Part shown: piece after piece, positions 38,756 through 52,439 of the stretch
Layout: each line of letters begins with the position of its first letter
How positions within the stretch are numbered: position 1 is the first letter of the stretch
Translations under genes and position numbers: made by a program
From: Callorhinchus milii
Taxonomy: Eukaryota
DNA: 64,000 nucleotides
Direction: 5' to 3'
Assembly: GCF_018977255.1 (NCBI RefSeq)
Contig: NW_024704742.1
Span: forward strand, 62,312,001 to 62,376,000
The notes under the pieces: generated by a model
Database searches by the model: none
The model's input: the letters and a program-made list of their open reading frames with translations, nothing else
Told to the model about the DNA's origin: nothing

Positions 38756-38905
38756 CTTCCGATAGCGCCAGTACTGATTCCCTTTCATGCCGTGGCAGTC
38801 ATACAGTGTGACAGAGCTGCTATGGGAAATGGCATCAAAGCAGAACTTCCTAGTGTGAAGAGGTTCTCCAGGTCGTATATCTTCCCGCCAACCAAATGTA
38901 AAGAT
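38756..38905 (-). CDS. GALNTL6: GALNTL6 penultimate coding exon (ricin B lectin domain)
   Basis: [50 protein letters not shown] is near-identical to recalled GALNTL6. Acceptor tttctcAG (AG at 38907-38906), donor GTAAG (38755-38751), 150 nt, phase 0-0. Confidence 0.95.
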
Positions 38906-38974
38906 CTGAGAAACCAAAGGAGATTTCAATTAATTACTGAGAACTGGATAGATTGTAAATAAACAGCTTGCATT

Positions 38975-39952
38975 CAGTCTAGGCTGACACGCAGTACAGT
39001 GTTTGGGGAAGGATGTCTAGTCCCAGGTGTTGTCCTTCAAATGAGACATTAAACTGAGATCCCATCTGCCTGTTCAGGTGCACGTAAAAGATCCCATGAC
39101 ACTAGCCATAAAGAGAAAGGAATTTTCTCATGATACCTTGTCACCAAACCCTTAGATAAAATTGATCATTCACTTCATGATTATTTATGGAATATTGCTG
39201 TGCACAAATTGGCTGCTGCATTTACCTACAATTTATAGTCACAACCCACCTTACAGTACATTTTCTAAAACACTTTGAGAATGTGAAGAGTTGTTATATC
39301 AAATGAAAGTATGATTATTGTAAAACTGCTTGAAATCAGAAGTGGAGAACAGACATGCTGACACACGTACAGGTGTATCTATAAAATACTGAACAAACAT
39401 ACTCAGGGCATCATAGTTTCATTTTATTGAATCAATATTCTTTTATAAATATTAAAATAATAACCCTTGTTATATCGACAAAACATCTCAAAGCATTTCA
39501 TAGGATTTACTGCGAGGTGTAAATTTGTAATAATAATATAATCTTTGCATTTGACATACTGCCTTTCACACTGGGAGGATGTCTCAAATGCTTCCCAGGA
39601 TTTATTGTCAAGATTAGCGACTGTATATTTGTAGGCAAACAAGGCAACCAGCATGTCAAAGCAGCATTCCACAAAAAGCCATGAAGTGAATGACAACTTT
39701 TTATTTGAGGGATTGCTAGCAAGGACGCAGGAGAAACTCCCTTCTCTTTTCAAATAGTGCTTTTGGTTGTTTAATGTCCATCTTAAGAGGCAGAAGGAAG
39801 CTTGATTTAATTCTTTATTGGAGGAATGGTATTCACGACAATGGAGCATTAAACTGTCAGCTGTGAGCTCAAAGTCCCAACATATGAAAGGTTTTGGCTT
39901 GAACCAACAATCTTCTATACAACATGAGAGTGCTAGCAACTGATCCAGGCTG
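38975..39952. mobile_element. Tail-to-tail inverted pair of Deu-domain SINEs (38975-39319 +, 39535-39952 -)
   Basis: Both are colinear with 57719-58108, in opposite orientations. Confidence 0.7.
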
Positions 39953-40641
39953 ATTTCCAAATACTGTATTGCATAAGGCTGTAAGAATTCCTGGTTAGCA
40001 GAATATTGCACATTGGAAGCAATTTTCACAACACTCAATTTGCAGAGATTTTAAAACAATCATTGTAGGAGATATTACCAACAATAGTTCGTAACGTTAT
40101 GGATGCTAAATATACCCATTTGTAATAAAATAAGGTAACTACAAAACATTCACATTATATGACAATTCTCGATACATGTGGGAGATTTGCAATCTGTACT
40201 CAGAACTGTCACAAATCTAAGTGATTTTGTGCTGGATTTTACTGCATAGAATTAACAAGAGGTTCCGCTCTGTCGTTAATTTGTCTGATTGCAGTCCTGT
40301 TGGGCTAGCGAGGCATTTCTGGGCTGGGGAAGGGAGGAGAATGAGTCAGCCAGGGTTCCTGTTCCTGATTTTCATGTTGGAAAGTATTTCTGTTTAGCTG
40401 CCAGAATAAGCACAGGATTAGGATTGCCTGCACAAGAACAACAGCATCTTGCATTTATATAGAATATTTCATAGGGTAACATCATGGGGGTGGGGTGCGG
40501 GGTGTGTGGGGGAGTGGCGGGCGGGGGTGTGGCGTGCAGGGTGCTCTACAGTGACAGGGTAGGATGCCAGGCATAGGAGAAGGGGAAAGGGGAGATGACC
40601 ATAAAGTAGTTGAAAAGGTGGCTTGTAAAGTGAGATTTAAA

Positions 40642-40912
40642 GTGGATTCCTGTAACACATTGGTAAGAGCACTCGCCTCACACGCGAGAGGACTTGAATT
40701 ATATTCTCAGGCAGGGCGAAACGTTACGCAAATTTCTTTACTCCACACACCTCTATTTACCTAGCAGTAAATAGGAATCTAGTTGTTAGTCGATTGGCAG
40801 ATTGCTTTTCCAGGAGCAATAATTCCTTCAAAAAAAATTATTATTATTTGGTCAATTAATCCATGAGTGTTTGTGGGACACTGCTGTGGGCAATTGGTGA
40901 CCACGTTTTGTC
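40642..40912 (+). mobile_element. tRNA-Ala SINE, long subfamily, 3'-truncated, inside an old minus-strand L2 (about 40435-41320)
   Basis: Head plus the cctctatttacctagcagtaaatagg segment, with L2 sequence on both sides. Confidence 0.7.
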
Positions 40913-42908
40913 CAGAACATAGATGGGATTCACCTGAGTAGATGGAATAGATCAGAGAGATGGGGAATGTTAGGGCATGAAAGGATTTCTATGTGAGGGT
41001 AAGGACCTTGAAATCAAACCATTTAGAGATGGTGAGCAAGTGGAGCCAGGCAAGGATTGGGGGTGATGGGTGTGTCAAGCTTGGTGTGAATGAGGATAGG
41101 GGTGGGGGTGATTTTTATTAGATGAATCTTGTGAATGGTGGAACTGGAGAAAACAGAAGTGCATTTGAAAAATCAAGGTAGGAAGTGACAAAAGTGTGGA
41201 TAAGCGTTTCAGCGACTTTTGGTATGAGGTCTGATAGACAATCAGATGAGGGGAAATAAGCAGTCTTGATCGGGGACCAACTATCAGATAGCAAGGAGAG
41301 CTGAGGATCGAACCAGACACTGAGGTTTGTGTCCAGGTCTGATAGTCACAGTTTACTGATACTCACACCCAAACATGGGGAGGGCAAGTTTGCAGGGCTT
41401 TGGGGAAAGAACATGGGACTGGCAATGAATTGGATAGCTCTTTTAAAAGAGCCGACACAGATGATTGGCCGAATGGCCTCCTTCTGTGCTGTATAATTCT
41501 ATGAACTTAATGAGATATGAGAAAACAGCCAGTCCCTGTGAAAATTCACCAGGCGTGGCATGATGTGTGAAGGTAAAGAGGAAATACAGGAAAAAAAGTA
41601 AGTGCTGACATTTGGGTGACCTCTCACATACATAGTGGCTGTGTTTAAAATGATCAAGTGCCTTCAGGTTAGTACTAAAAAGGCAATGTCTGATGTCTTA
41701 AGGTTAACAGATCATTGAAGATTGTGAGGACTGAAAAGATCAAATGTTCCCCGAGTAGATGGGAATAATATGCAATTGGCTCAGTTTTCTGCAGACACAG
41801 AATCTCCATCAAAAATCGCAGACTCCAGGCAGTACAGGATGGAGCGTCACATTACTATCATAAAACAAAGTCTAGGTTGTTAAAATCTATTATTGTATAA
41901 TGTTGCAGAAAATAAATATAGTTCAATAGTATATGCGCAATAGAAGTACTTAACTGTTTGTCAAAACACTAATGGTATTATTTACTGTTCTCCATTAAAA
42001 TGAAGGCTGATGAATATTGCTGAGTATTAAGAGCTGAAACGTTATTGACAAAGTGAGAGATTTATTTCTGCGATTGGAGGTATAGGAGCAGTGTCTGTTC
42101 TTGTTTGCTTAAATCTGGAGAAGAATGTGTTAACTAGACTGCTGCTACGTTTAAAAGCCCCCCCCCCCCCCCACCCCATGATGGTAGGTGGATATTTTGG
42201 GAGGTTGAGATCGGATGGGCTGAAGGGTCTCTTCATCCAAACCAATCTTGGGATCTACAGCTATCCTTCTATCTCTGCACAGAATTATTGATCAAGTAAC
42301 TAAAGACCTGAAAATTCTGCTGCTCTTTGCCTTTGGACCACTGGCTTAAATATTTAGAATGTACAGAATTTAGGAGAATTCTTCAATTCAGTCATAATTT
42401 GAAAGATTTCCAATTTTAAAACTGTGGAAAACTGTTTTCTAAATTAAAAACTGAAGTTAAGAATATTCAATTTTAAGTCAACAGTTTTAAGAAATGTCAG
42501 GCCTCTGAAGGGCTGATTGCACAATTTTAATTACATTGGGTTAAGCCACTGATGTCCTAATTGTTTTACTTAATTTACATGAATGTACAGCACAGAAATG
42601 GGCCATTTGGGCTAACAAGTCCATGCCTCATGATTCTCCAAAGCACTAATTTCTTCCTCCCATACCCTTCTGTTATTCGTCACTCAATCCAGTTCTGTTT
42701 GTGAGACACTGCAGTGCCTACAAAACATGCAGTCCATTCACTTTGTAGTATGTTCCGTGAAGTGCTTTGTAACATATCAATTAAGTGATGAGGCGCTATA
42801 TCAAACCCAAGGATTATTATTATAGAATTTCAGAGGGAGCAGTTAGTATATCACTTAATAAGGTTTGCTCCATGTCCATTACCAATGTTGGTTAGATTGC
42901 TTTTACTG

Positions 42909-43278
42909 TAATAATAATAATAATCCTTGCATTTGATATAGAACCTTATCATGTCTCCGAGGCATTTCAAAGTGCTTCACAGAATATACTGTAAAGTGAA
43001 TTGTCTGTATATTTTGTGGGCAAAACGCGAAGGCCAATTTGCACACAGCAGTGTCCCACACACAGTCATGGATTGAGTGACTAATTTTTTTTAAGGAATT
43101 ATTACTCTCGGAAAAGCGATAACAACCAATCCACTATAACTGGGTTTGTACTTACTGCTAGGTAAACAGAGGTGTGTGGAGTAAGGAAACTTGTCCAAGG
43201 TTTTGCACTGTCGGGAATCGAACCCAGGTCTCTCACTTGCAAGGCGAATGCTCTAATCACTGAGATACAGGACTCCAC
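42909..43278 (-). mobile_element. tRNA-Ala SINE, long subfamily, full length
   Basis: Tail aataataatccttgc at left, extra internal segment cttactgctaggtaaacagagg, head ...caggactccac at right. Confidence 0.85.
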
Positions 43279-46200
43279 TCAACTACAGGAGTGTAGTTGA
43301 AGGAGCACTTGGTCCACAAGTCAAATGTCACAGTTCAGGGTTCTCATTCACTCTCCCCAGCAACAGCTCCAAAAGAGCATTCTTTTCATGAAATGTTGGA
43401 AATAGAAACAGGGCAAAGTTAGTAGCATTTCAAGAGGTGTTCAACGTTATAATTCTTGCAACTAACACATTATGAAAGGCCACTAATTTCACCCAGAAAG
43501 AGACCATTTAGATATCAATTAATAATAATCCTTACATTCACATTGGGAGAAAATCTTAAAGCACTTCACACGATTAGTAACTGTGTGTTTTCTAGAAATT
43601 AATTTAATAATATTTTAATGCTACTGCTGTTTCTGATGTTTTAAGTCAGTTATTTTTATTAATCCTACTTGCCAATTCTTTCCACATATCCATTTAAATG
43701 TTTTAAAATGAGTAACACTGGCTGGGCGAGGGGACAGAGAAGACCAATTATAGAAATATTGTAAATGCGAGAAAAAAGAATGTAAAGGATTAGGCAATGT
43801 CAAAATAATGTAAAAAAAACAAAGTAAAATGGAACAACTCCTCAAAAGAGAAATTAGCAACAAAGAAAATTTGAGACAATAAAATGCTTAAGGAAAAAAA
43901 AGATAAACTCTTTGATTTTTTATATGCATTACCAAGATATTTCAAAACCAATTTTAGAAATTCAATCATTTTCATTTTCCAGCTTACTTATGGCAAAATC
44001 ATTTAGTGAAAGCTTTACCTGGCAGTAAATCAATGAAAGAAACAAAAATTCTAGTCTGCTGCTTTGTGTAATGACTGAACAGAAGCTGTCAGAAATGGTA
44101 CAATAATGACTGTCAAATTCCTTATAGGCTTAAGTATCTTTTCTTTCACCGCTAGAAATTAATTTGTATGGTACACAATATGCTAATCAGGTGCACAATG
44201 AATACTGCCGGAGAATCTGGTGTGAGTTGGAATCAGCTTGACAGGCATTTTAAGAATAGTATTCTAAATGAATAGCATAGCCACTGTAAATGCAGTCTAC
44301 ATCTTGTGCACATTATAAATTTTTAGCAGGACATTTGCAAGATTTGTTAATACTACTTACGTCTGGTTCAGTTACATTTAAATCTCCAACATTGAGTAAA
44401 CCTTTAAAAAACAGTAAACCATTGCTACTGGTTTACTGTAGTTTTATGTGACTCATGGCAGATTTATCAGTTTATTGGGTTGTAAATGATGCTGAGAATT
44501 TACAATGCTCTACCTAGACCACGCTTAAATCCTCTTCACTTTCGGCTGCCGTGCCACATAAAGGATATCCTTTCACTATAAAAGGAACAGAAAATAGACT
44601 AAAGGGATGAGGCTGGGAGGAAAGATTAGAAAAAAATAAGTTTTACAGTCTGGAAAGTATGTTGGTGCTTGAATTTTTCATTTTATTTTGTATTATTTCG
44701 TAATTTTGAAAAATATGGGCTCTAATGATTTGACACCAGGAGAAACTCCCTTCTCTTTTCAAATAGGGATTTTCAAAGAAGGATCAGATCGGATGGGCCT
44801 TCTTCAGCCAAAACAATCTTCTTCTGATACTTCTGATCATAAGAGAATGCAAACCAGACTGAAAGTTCCAAGCCATCTATGCATGGAAATTTCCTTGTGT
44901 CTGGAATGGGGAGCTCACTCTCTCCCTTGGGGGAAACACCATGTTTACCTAATTCCGGAAAGTATTTGGTGCAGATTAGCCAATGTTTGGGGACTCCAGA
45001 GTGTGTGTTGGATTAAAGGACTATGGGTAAACAACATTCGTATGACACTCAGGAAAATGCAGTTACTCTATTCGTAATAAAGACATAAATTATGGAGAGC
45101 TAATTGCAATAATAATAATCATAATAATACTCCTTGCAATTGATATAGAACCTTATCGCATCATTAAGACATCTCAAAGCACTTCACAGAATATTGTAAA
45201 ATGGATTGACTGTATATTTTGTGGGCAAAGTACCTGTGACTCAAAATATAATGCCAAAGAGAGTCACAGATTCTCCTGTATTCCTAACAACAGCCTTCCT
45301 AATATAGACGGAACAGCAATAGTAGCAGAGCTGCCAACTGTGTCCGTTACGCAAAATGTGTTGGGCTTCATACCAATGTCAAAGACCACTTAAGTGAAGC
45401 CAAAGCTATTGGATCCTTCAGTTTTTGGTGCTACCCGCGTTGACTCACAGTGGGCTTTGCACCCCAAAAAAGAAGGAATTCATTGCCGGCTCAAAATCAC
45501 ATAAATCATATTCCACTGTCATGCAGTTCTCTTAACAAGGAGCTGCAGTATCATTGAGCTAATGTTCAGTCAACAGCCTCCACCCTTCCAGATGCAGAGT
45601 TCATGGAAGCCCTACCTTACAAAAACACAAGTGCCAAGAACACATAATAGACAATTCCTCTGCCAAAAATCACAGGTTGCTTGAGCAACCTGGACATTTT
45701 AAAGTGGCGTGATTAGAGATGCCAGCTGGAAAGCACCAATATGACTTAACAGAAGAAGAAGAACAGAGTGACTGTTTATGCAAAGAATGGGAAAAATATA
45801 AGCCTAATGAACTTGAGGACCAACCTCATTTACCCCCAGTGCAAACAAGCACAGTCACTAATGGCTACATTAATAAAAAAGGCAAACTGCCTGAGAACAC
45901 TCTCGCAACTAACAGACCGAGTGTGCAAACTGTCACACACACTGATTGGCTCAGGATTCGTTGCTAGCCAGCAGGGAAATGAAGCACTATCTGTCCGACC
46001 TCCCAAACCTTGGTCCTCAGCAGAGGAGATGGCTGGCAAGTATTGGACTCTCCAATCTCTCAGCAATTTGATCTGATACTCTAATGTAAATTGGTTCCAT
46101 TGTAGGATTGTGGAAACATACAAGGAAAGAGAATATAAATCAGAATCTGTGGAGTTGCATTACTCAGGGTCGCTCAGTGGGTAATTCATCAGAGCATAGA

Positions 46201-46739
46201 TTAATCTGCTGTTGCTCTCTACTATACACTGGAAAAGTAAAGGATCCTTTAAATTACTTCGATCACCATATTATAAATGGTCTGTCATATGTGGATTTTT
46301 GTACATTTATCACTTTGCTGACATTTAAAGTGCAAAATACTCAACCATGCACCTACAATGCAACAATTTGGTCTATCGTGACTTTACTGTTCTGACTACT
46401 GCCTGGGAAAGATCTGCACAGGTCAGAAAACTCCCCAAATGCACCTGTTGCTGTGGAGCTGTTGGGCCTTGGATAAGCCATTGCCTCTACAGCAGTGTTT
46501 CCCAGATGCACCCACCATGACTGAATGCAGTGACAGGCATGATTTTGTGCATCCAAAAGAAGCCCCCCCCCCTCTTCTCCCCCACTCCCTGTGAGGTGTC
46601 CAGCTGTTATTGGCCAGCTTTAGCCTCAATAGAGTGCTGGTCTTAGTTGGATTGCTCTTTTCGGAGCCGGCGCAGACACGATGTGCCAAATGGCCTCTTT
46701 CTGTGCTGTATGATTCTATGGTCATGCAAAGTGATAGAT

Positions 46740-47140
46740 GTTGCAATTATATAGCGCCCCTCACACAGGGTAGCATCCCAGAGCGCTTGACATTGGTGGA
46801 GCACGACGCTGAGCCGGTGGGAGGTGGAGGTGAGCACGGTCAAAGTGGAAGATCTTCAGGCACGATCTGAAGGTTGGGAAGGAAGGGGAAAGATGGGGAT
46901 AGAGGAAGAGTGTTCCAATGTTTTGGGGCATAGTGGCTGAAAGCACGGCCACTAAAGTTGGAAGGAAAGGTACAAGGGTCCTGCAGAAGCCCGGAGCCAG
47001 TCGAGCGGCATCAGCAGGTTGTGGGTTAGGGAATAAGCAGGTCGGAGAGGTAAGGTAGGGAGGTGCCAGGGCATGAAGGGTCTTGAAAACAAGTGTGAGG
47101 ATCTTGAAATGGGTGATAGTGGAGCCAGTGGAGCCTGGCA
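46740..47140 (-). mobile_element. L2 3' fragment
   Basis: FKILTLVFKTLHALAPPYL remnant and tail. Confidence 0.85.
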
Positions 47141-47202
47141 CATTCTCAATGGTATATTTAGACTAATAAAGACATAATATCTGTGTATCTGTATATCCTG
47201 TA

Positions 47203-47527
47203 GTGGAGTCCTGTAGCTCAGTGGTTAGAGCACTCGCTTTGCAAGCGAGAGACCTGAGTTCAATTCCAGGCAGAGGGCGAAACCTTGGGCAAGTTTCCTT
47301 ACTCCACACGCCCAATAATAATCCCTCCAAAACCCAAAACAATAATAAATTGGTCATTTTTAATCTACAACTGTTTGTGGGACATTGCTGTGCGCAATTG
47401 GCTGCCGCGTTCGCCCACAAATATACAGTCAATTCACTTTACAGTGTGTTCTGTGAAGCGCTTTGGGATGTCCTCCCGACGTGAAAAGCGCTATATCAAA
47501 TGCAAGGGTTACTATTATTATTATTAT
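47203..47527 (+). mobile_element. tRNA-Ala-derived SINE, short subfamily, full length
   Basis: A box at 47214-47224, anticodon arm ctcgc-tttgcaa-gcgag (TGC = Ala) at 47233-47249, B box at 47256-47267, Deu-like body and (ATT)n tail. Confidence 0.92.
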
Positions 47528-49285
47528 CCGCTAGGAACTCAATAACCAATTGAAGTAGAGACATGATTTATACCTCATCGGAAAGGTCTTGCATCTAGGA
47601 GTGTCATGAACATATCTGTTTTCAAGGATCTCCTATCGTTGATGAGCTATGACCTAAACAAGCTCATCTCATACATGTATGCCAGTTTTGGTTAAGGTGT
47701 AACATAGCGCTGCAGTTACACCTGGTGGCTGTACTAACTCCCAGTGGTACTGTGGCATCATGTGTCACAGAGCATGTACATACGTATGCACTTAGATGAA
47801 GCCAAGCGGTGGGAACAAGATGGCAGTGGTGATGTGGAAGTTGCCTCGAGTGGCATTGCCATTCAACTGCTTTTCCTGCTGCTCCTGGGCAGCACCAGGC
47901 TGGGCGGTGCCATGTTGGAGTTGGGTCGTTGGCGGAGGATGGTTGGCTTAGTAAAGCTGCGGGGTTTCCGGCTTCCTCCACGCTGCAGCCTAGCAGCAAC
48001 TAGCTGGGGAGCGTGAAAACTGGGGCTTGAGTTGGGGCCTTGCCTGGGGCTCTGCCCCTCTGGAATTTAGCCTCTCCCTCCCCTATTGTATATAATTCCA
48101 GTGGATCCAACAGATGGCCAAATTGAGATTCCCGAACGAAAACCCTCTGCCATCCCAAGCCCAACAGGGCAAACAGTCTCCTGAGTCCCAGTTCTCAATG
48201 AGCTGGCAAATGCTCCAGTGGATTTCTTTTTAAACCCAATCAGAATAACCACAACCACACTAACAAGTAATATCACTTAAAAGTACAGAACTCTGTAAGA
48301 AACTCAATGTACGTATCTGCATGCACTGTGTAACTCTATATCCAAATCGGAGAAAATGTGAACCTATTAGCTTCAATTTTTTAAAAAAAACTTTAACGTA
48401 GGTCAAAACTAAATAAATTCATAATTAAATTGGTTCTGGCAACCTTGTTGCATTTCTGCTCAGTTCCTCTCAAAACTTCTGAACGTGGCTATTATGGTGT
48501 AAGACATGTAGGATTCGTTTTGAACTTCATCTTCAATCTTTTGATATATTTGAATAGGCCGTGATTTGAATTTTGCAACAACAAAACAAAGCATTCTTTT
48601 GTGAAATCCAATCTATTTGAAGTGACCACGAGTAGGCGCTCCTGAACACTTCCTGACTTTCAGCAGTTTTGTGTATGTTTATAGCTATCAAAGAAATATC
48701 AGTTCCAGCAGTGAAGCAGAGATACCTGATTCCGATTTATATTTCTCATTCCTCATCATGCCAAGGAAAGGAGTGTTCAGAAAAGAACGTAACTGCGTGG
48801 CTTTGTTATAATATGTTGGTCTGTGATCCATAAAATCCCACCCCTTTTTAACGAGTTGCGATATGAATGCACGCAGGCACTGTGTTGGCTGGGTCCTGCA
48901 CTAAAAGAAAGAAATGGACAACTTCCACATTGAAGCATTACCTCAACATCATGTCCTGACTTCCGTGCACACACAAAGTGGGAGGTGACTCATCGGTGAC
49001 CGAATGAACCGAAGTTGGTAATTTTAGTGAGAAAAAACAGCCAGAGCAGGAAATAAGTTGGACAGCTGCACACGTGGGCATTGAATGGGGCCCACAGCAC
49101 AAACACAATGTCAGTCAATTTGAGCTGTAAGTGAAGCATGTTATAGTGGGACTCTTGGCTAACTCATGTCTGCTCCTCTCCTCCAACACCCACCACCTAC
49201 CCCTCCCACCAAGCACTAATCCAGTCATTTTAGAGTGCTCTGAGGCATTATCCTACATGATGGGTGCTACATAAATACACATTGG

Positions 49286-50282
49286 TATGTGGATGACACC
49301 CACATCTATCTCTCTGCCTCTACTCTTGACTCCAGGACCACTGCTCTCCTGACAGAATGTTTGTCAGACATCAAGTCCTGGATGAGAGTCAACTTTCTAC
49401 AGTTGAATATCAACAAGACCGAGGCTCTCCTGATGGGCTCCCGTCAGCGCCTCCTCACCTCAGGTACTGACTGCATCACCATCCATGGTTGCACACTCCA
49501 CCTTACTAAGACAGTCCAGAACCTTGGGGTCTTTTTTGACCCTTAACTATCCTTTCTACCGCACATCTGCACCATGACCCGCTCTGCCTTCCCCCACCTC
49601 CGCAACGTCACCTGACTCTACCACTGTCTCTCCCGTCAATCCGCTAAAACCATCATCATTGCATTTATCACATCTACGCATGACTACGCCAACTCCCTGC
49701 TTGTCGGCCTCTCCAACTCTTCCCTCCACTAGCTGCAGATCATCCAGAACTTTACAGCTCGTGTCCTCTCCCACACCAGGCTCCGTGACCCTATCACACC
49801 CACCCTCACCCGATTCCACTGGCTCCCCATCCCCCAGAGGATAGAGTTCAAAATCCTCGTCCTCGCCTTCAAGGCCCTCCACCTCTGTGACCTGCTAGCC
49901 CCATATCAACCTGCTAGCCCCATATCAACCTGCTAGCCCCATATCAACCTGTCCATTCCCTCTGCTGAGCAGGCTCGAGCCTGCTTCACATCCCCCACTC
50001 CGGCCCACCCCATCATCAGGGGGGTCGGGCCTTCAGTCTCTCTGCCCCCACCCTATGGAACTCCATCCCACAGTCCCTTTGTCTTGCTCCCTCCCTTGCC
50101 TCCTTCAAGACATGTCTCAAGACCCTCTTCTTCGATTGTGCATTTAGCCACCTTCCTATCCCTGCCCTTCATCCCCAGCCCTGCTCCCAACCCCATGCTT
50201 AGGTCCAAATCCCTGAATGTTCGGTACCTTGGGACCTCCTCCCGACGTGAAAGGCACTGCATAAATGTAATTTGTTGTTGTC
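49286..50282 (+). mobile_element. 5'-truncated L2 LINE
   Basis: (Y)VDDTHIYL and FLQLNINKTEALL, with stem-loop and (TTG)n tail. Confidence 0.92.
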
Positions 50283-52072
50283 AGCTGTACAGTATCAAGA
50301 AAAAAACACAGTATCATGGTATTTTCTGCTAGAGAGTACACTTTGGGCATTAAGTTGTATGTCCTCAGAAGACACTATGAACATCCATTTGAGCTTTTGC
50401 AAATACACAACTGAAACTGATTTGTTTTTTCAGTTTCTCTCACAAAATATACAATTTACTTTACAGTATAGTCTGTGAAGCTCTTTGAGAAGTCAAAAGA
50501 AGTGATAAGGCGCTATATCAAATGCAAGAATCATTATGATTATTATTATATTACTTCAGTGTGTTTTATGCAGTGAATTAAGGGCAACACTTTTGAGTCA
50601 CTGCTAAATACTTATTTACTGTTTTTCAATCCAAAGAGAGCTGCAAATTTAATACTGAATTATTTTAAGACCTTCTGGGAATACATCCAAAGCAAAAAAA
50701 AAAATCAGTCTTTGCAGTTTAATACTAAGCTGTGTGGACAGGTTAATAATGAAGAAAATAAATAGCACTCAGGAAAATCTGGATGAATTAAATGCAGGTA
50801 ATGGACCAAGGAATGTTACATGCACTTTTTCTTCATCAGTTTTCTCATTTGCTCATTCCTCTCCTGAAGGTTTTTGACTTCTTCTATCCTTCCACAGGAG
50901 GTCTAATTCACAAGGTGTCCTTTGGTACCTTGCCCAAGAACCCATTATTCAAGTGTCAGCCTCAACACAGAGTATTAGCAGTGTCTTCCTATGCCCCCCA
51001 CCTTTGTCCACACAATCACATTCACCCAGTAGGATCTATTGATCTACTGTCTTGTTATTACATAGAATTACATAGATTGTACAGCACCGAAAGAGGGCCT
51101 TCAGCCCAACTAACCTGTGTCTATGTTTGTACTCCACATAAGATCCACCCAATCTAATTCCCTCTCCCTATTCCCCTCACATACCCCTTTCTCTTTTCCC
51201 TCTTTTAGAAGGAGTGAAACCCCAGGCTGATTTTCCCTACCTTAATCCTGATACCAAAAAGAATAGTAAGGTAAAAGATTTTGCTGCGATTATTGATCAT
51301 TCACTGAAGGTTTTCAAACAATATAAAGATATAATTAATAATAATTATCATTGCACTTGATCATTGCGCCTTATCATGTCATAGAAATATCTCAAAGCGC
51401 TTCACAGGATTTTCTGTAAAGTGTGACTGTTTGTTTGTTGGCAAACAATGCAAATAAAATTATAGACAGAAGGAAGCAAATTTAATACCAGCTGGAACAT
51501 TAAGGGCACTTGACTATAACTAGAAAGAAATTATTCCAACAAGATCAGAGGTGACTTCACACTTGACAGAAGTGACTCCACATTTGCATAATTATGCTGC
51601 TGCGTTCGCCTATTAATGCAACAACAACAACTTACATTTATATAGCGCCCTCCATGCTGGGTGGCGCCCCAGAGCACTTAACAATGGTGGAGCTCGATGC
51701 TGAGCCAGGGAAAGGGGGAAGGTGACCATAGTCATGGTCGAAGAGGAAGGTCTTCAGGCGCAACCTGAAAATGGGGAAAGAGGGGGCAAGGTGAAGGGAT
51801 TGAGATAGGGAGTTCCATAACTTTGGGGCATAGTGGCTGAAGGCACTACCGCTGTTGGTGGAGCGGAGGATTCAAGGGACAAGGAGGAATACACAGTCAC
51901 TCGACTTCACCATAAATCCTGTGAAGCACTTTGAGACATTTCTATCACATGATAAGGAATGTCCTCTTGAAATGAAAGGTCCTATACCAAATGTAAGGAT
52001 TATTATTATTATTATATCGTCTGTGATTTTTGGAACTAGTAAAATTGACCAATCAGATGCTTCAGAGCAACA

Positions 52073-52288
52073 ATAATATCCCTCCAAAAAAACCAAAACA
52101 ATAATAAAAAAAAATTGGTCACTTTCAATCCATGACTGTTTGTGGGACATTGCTGTGCGCAATTGGCTGCCGCGTTCGCTCACAAATATATAGTCAATTC
52201 ACTTTAAAGTCTATTCTGTGAAGCGCTTTGGGGCGTCGAGAAGACGTGAAAAGCGCTATATCAAATGCAAGGATTATTATTATTATAA
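52073..52288 (+). mobile_element. 5'-truncated SINE (GAGAA-loop tail variant)
   Basis: Body and tail match the SINE family. Confidence 0.85.
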
Positions 52289-52439
52289 TATCATATTGTG
52301 CCAGATGAAAATGTGCTGAACCAATTAATCTGCAAATACACAAATTTCAATAGCCTCGCTGACAGCTTAAGGTTTTATGTTATATTATAAACTTGCATCA
52401 ATATACTGATTCTTTTATAGCTCCATTCTTTACCTTGAT

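Noticed and set aside
39424..40038. 204-aa minus-strand ORF in a GALNTL6 intron
   Set aside because: Chance open frame through a decayed DeuSINE.
45230..46120. Overlapping 80-100 aa ORFs suggesting a decayed gene or viral insert
   Set aside because: No recognisable motif in the frames I translated, with frequent stops; needs tBLASTx/HMM to revisit.
47203..47280. tRNA-Ala(TGC) gene, also at 13926, 58147, 58919 and 590-661
   Set aside because: No proper acceptor stem or poly-T terminator; always fused to a SINE body and tail.
47664..48276. GC-rich stretch with ORFs and the palindrome ggtgtaac...gttacacc, possible LTR or exon
   Set aside because: No second LTR, primer-binding site, TSD or recognisable protein.
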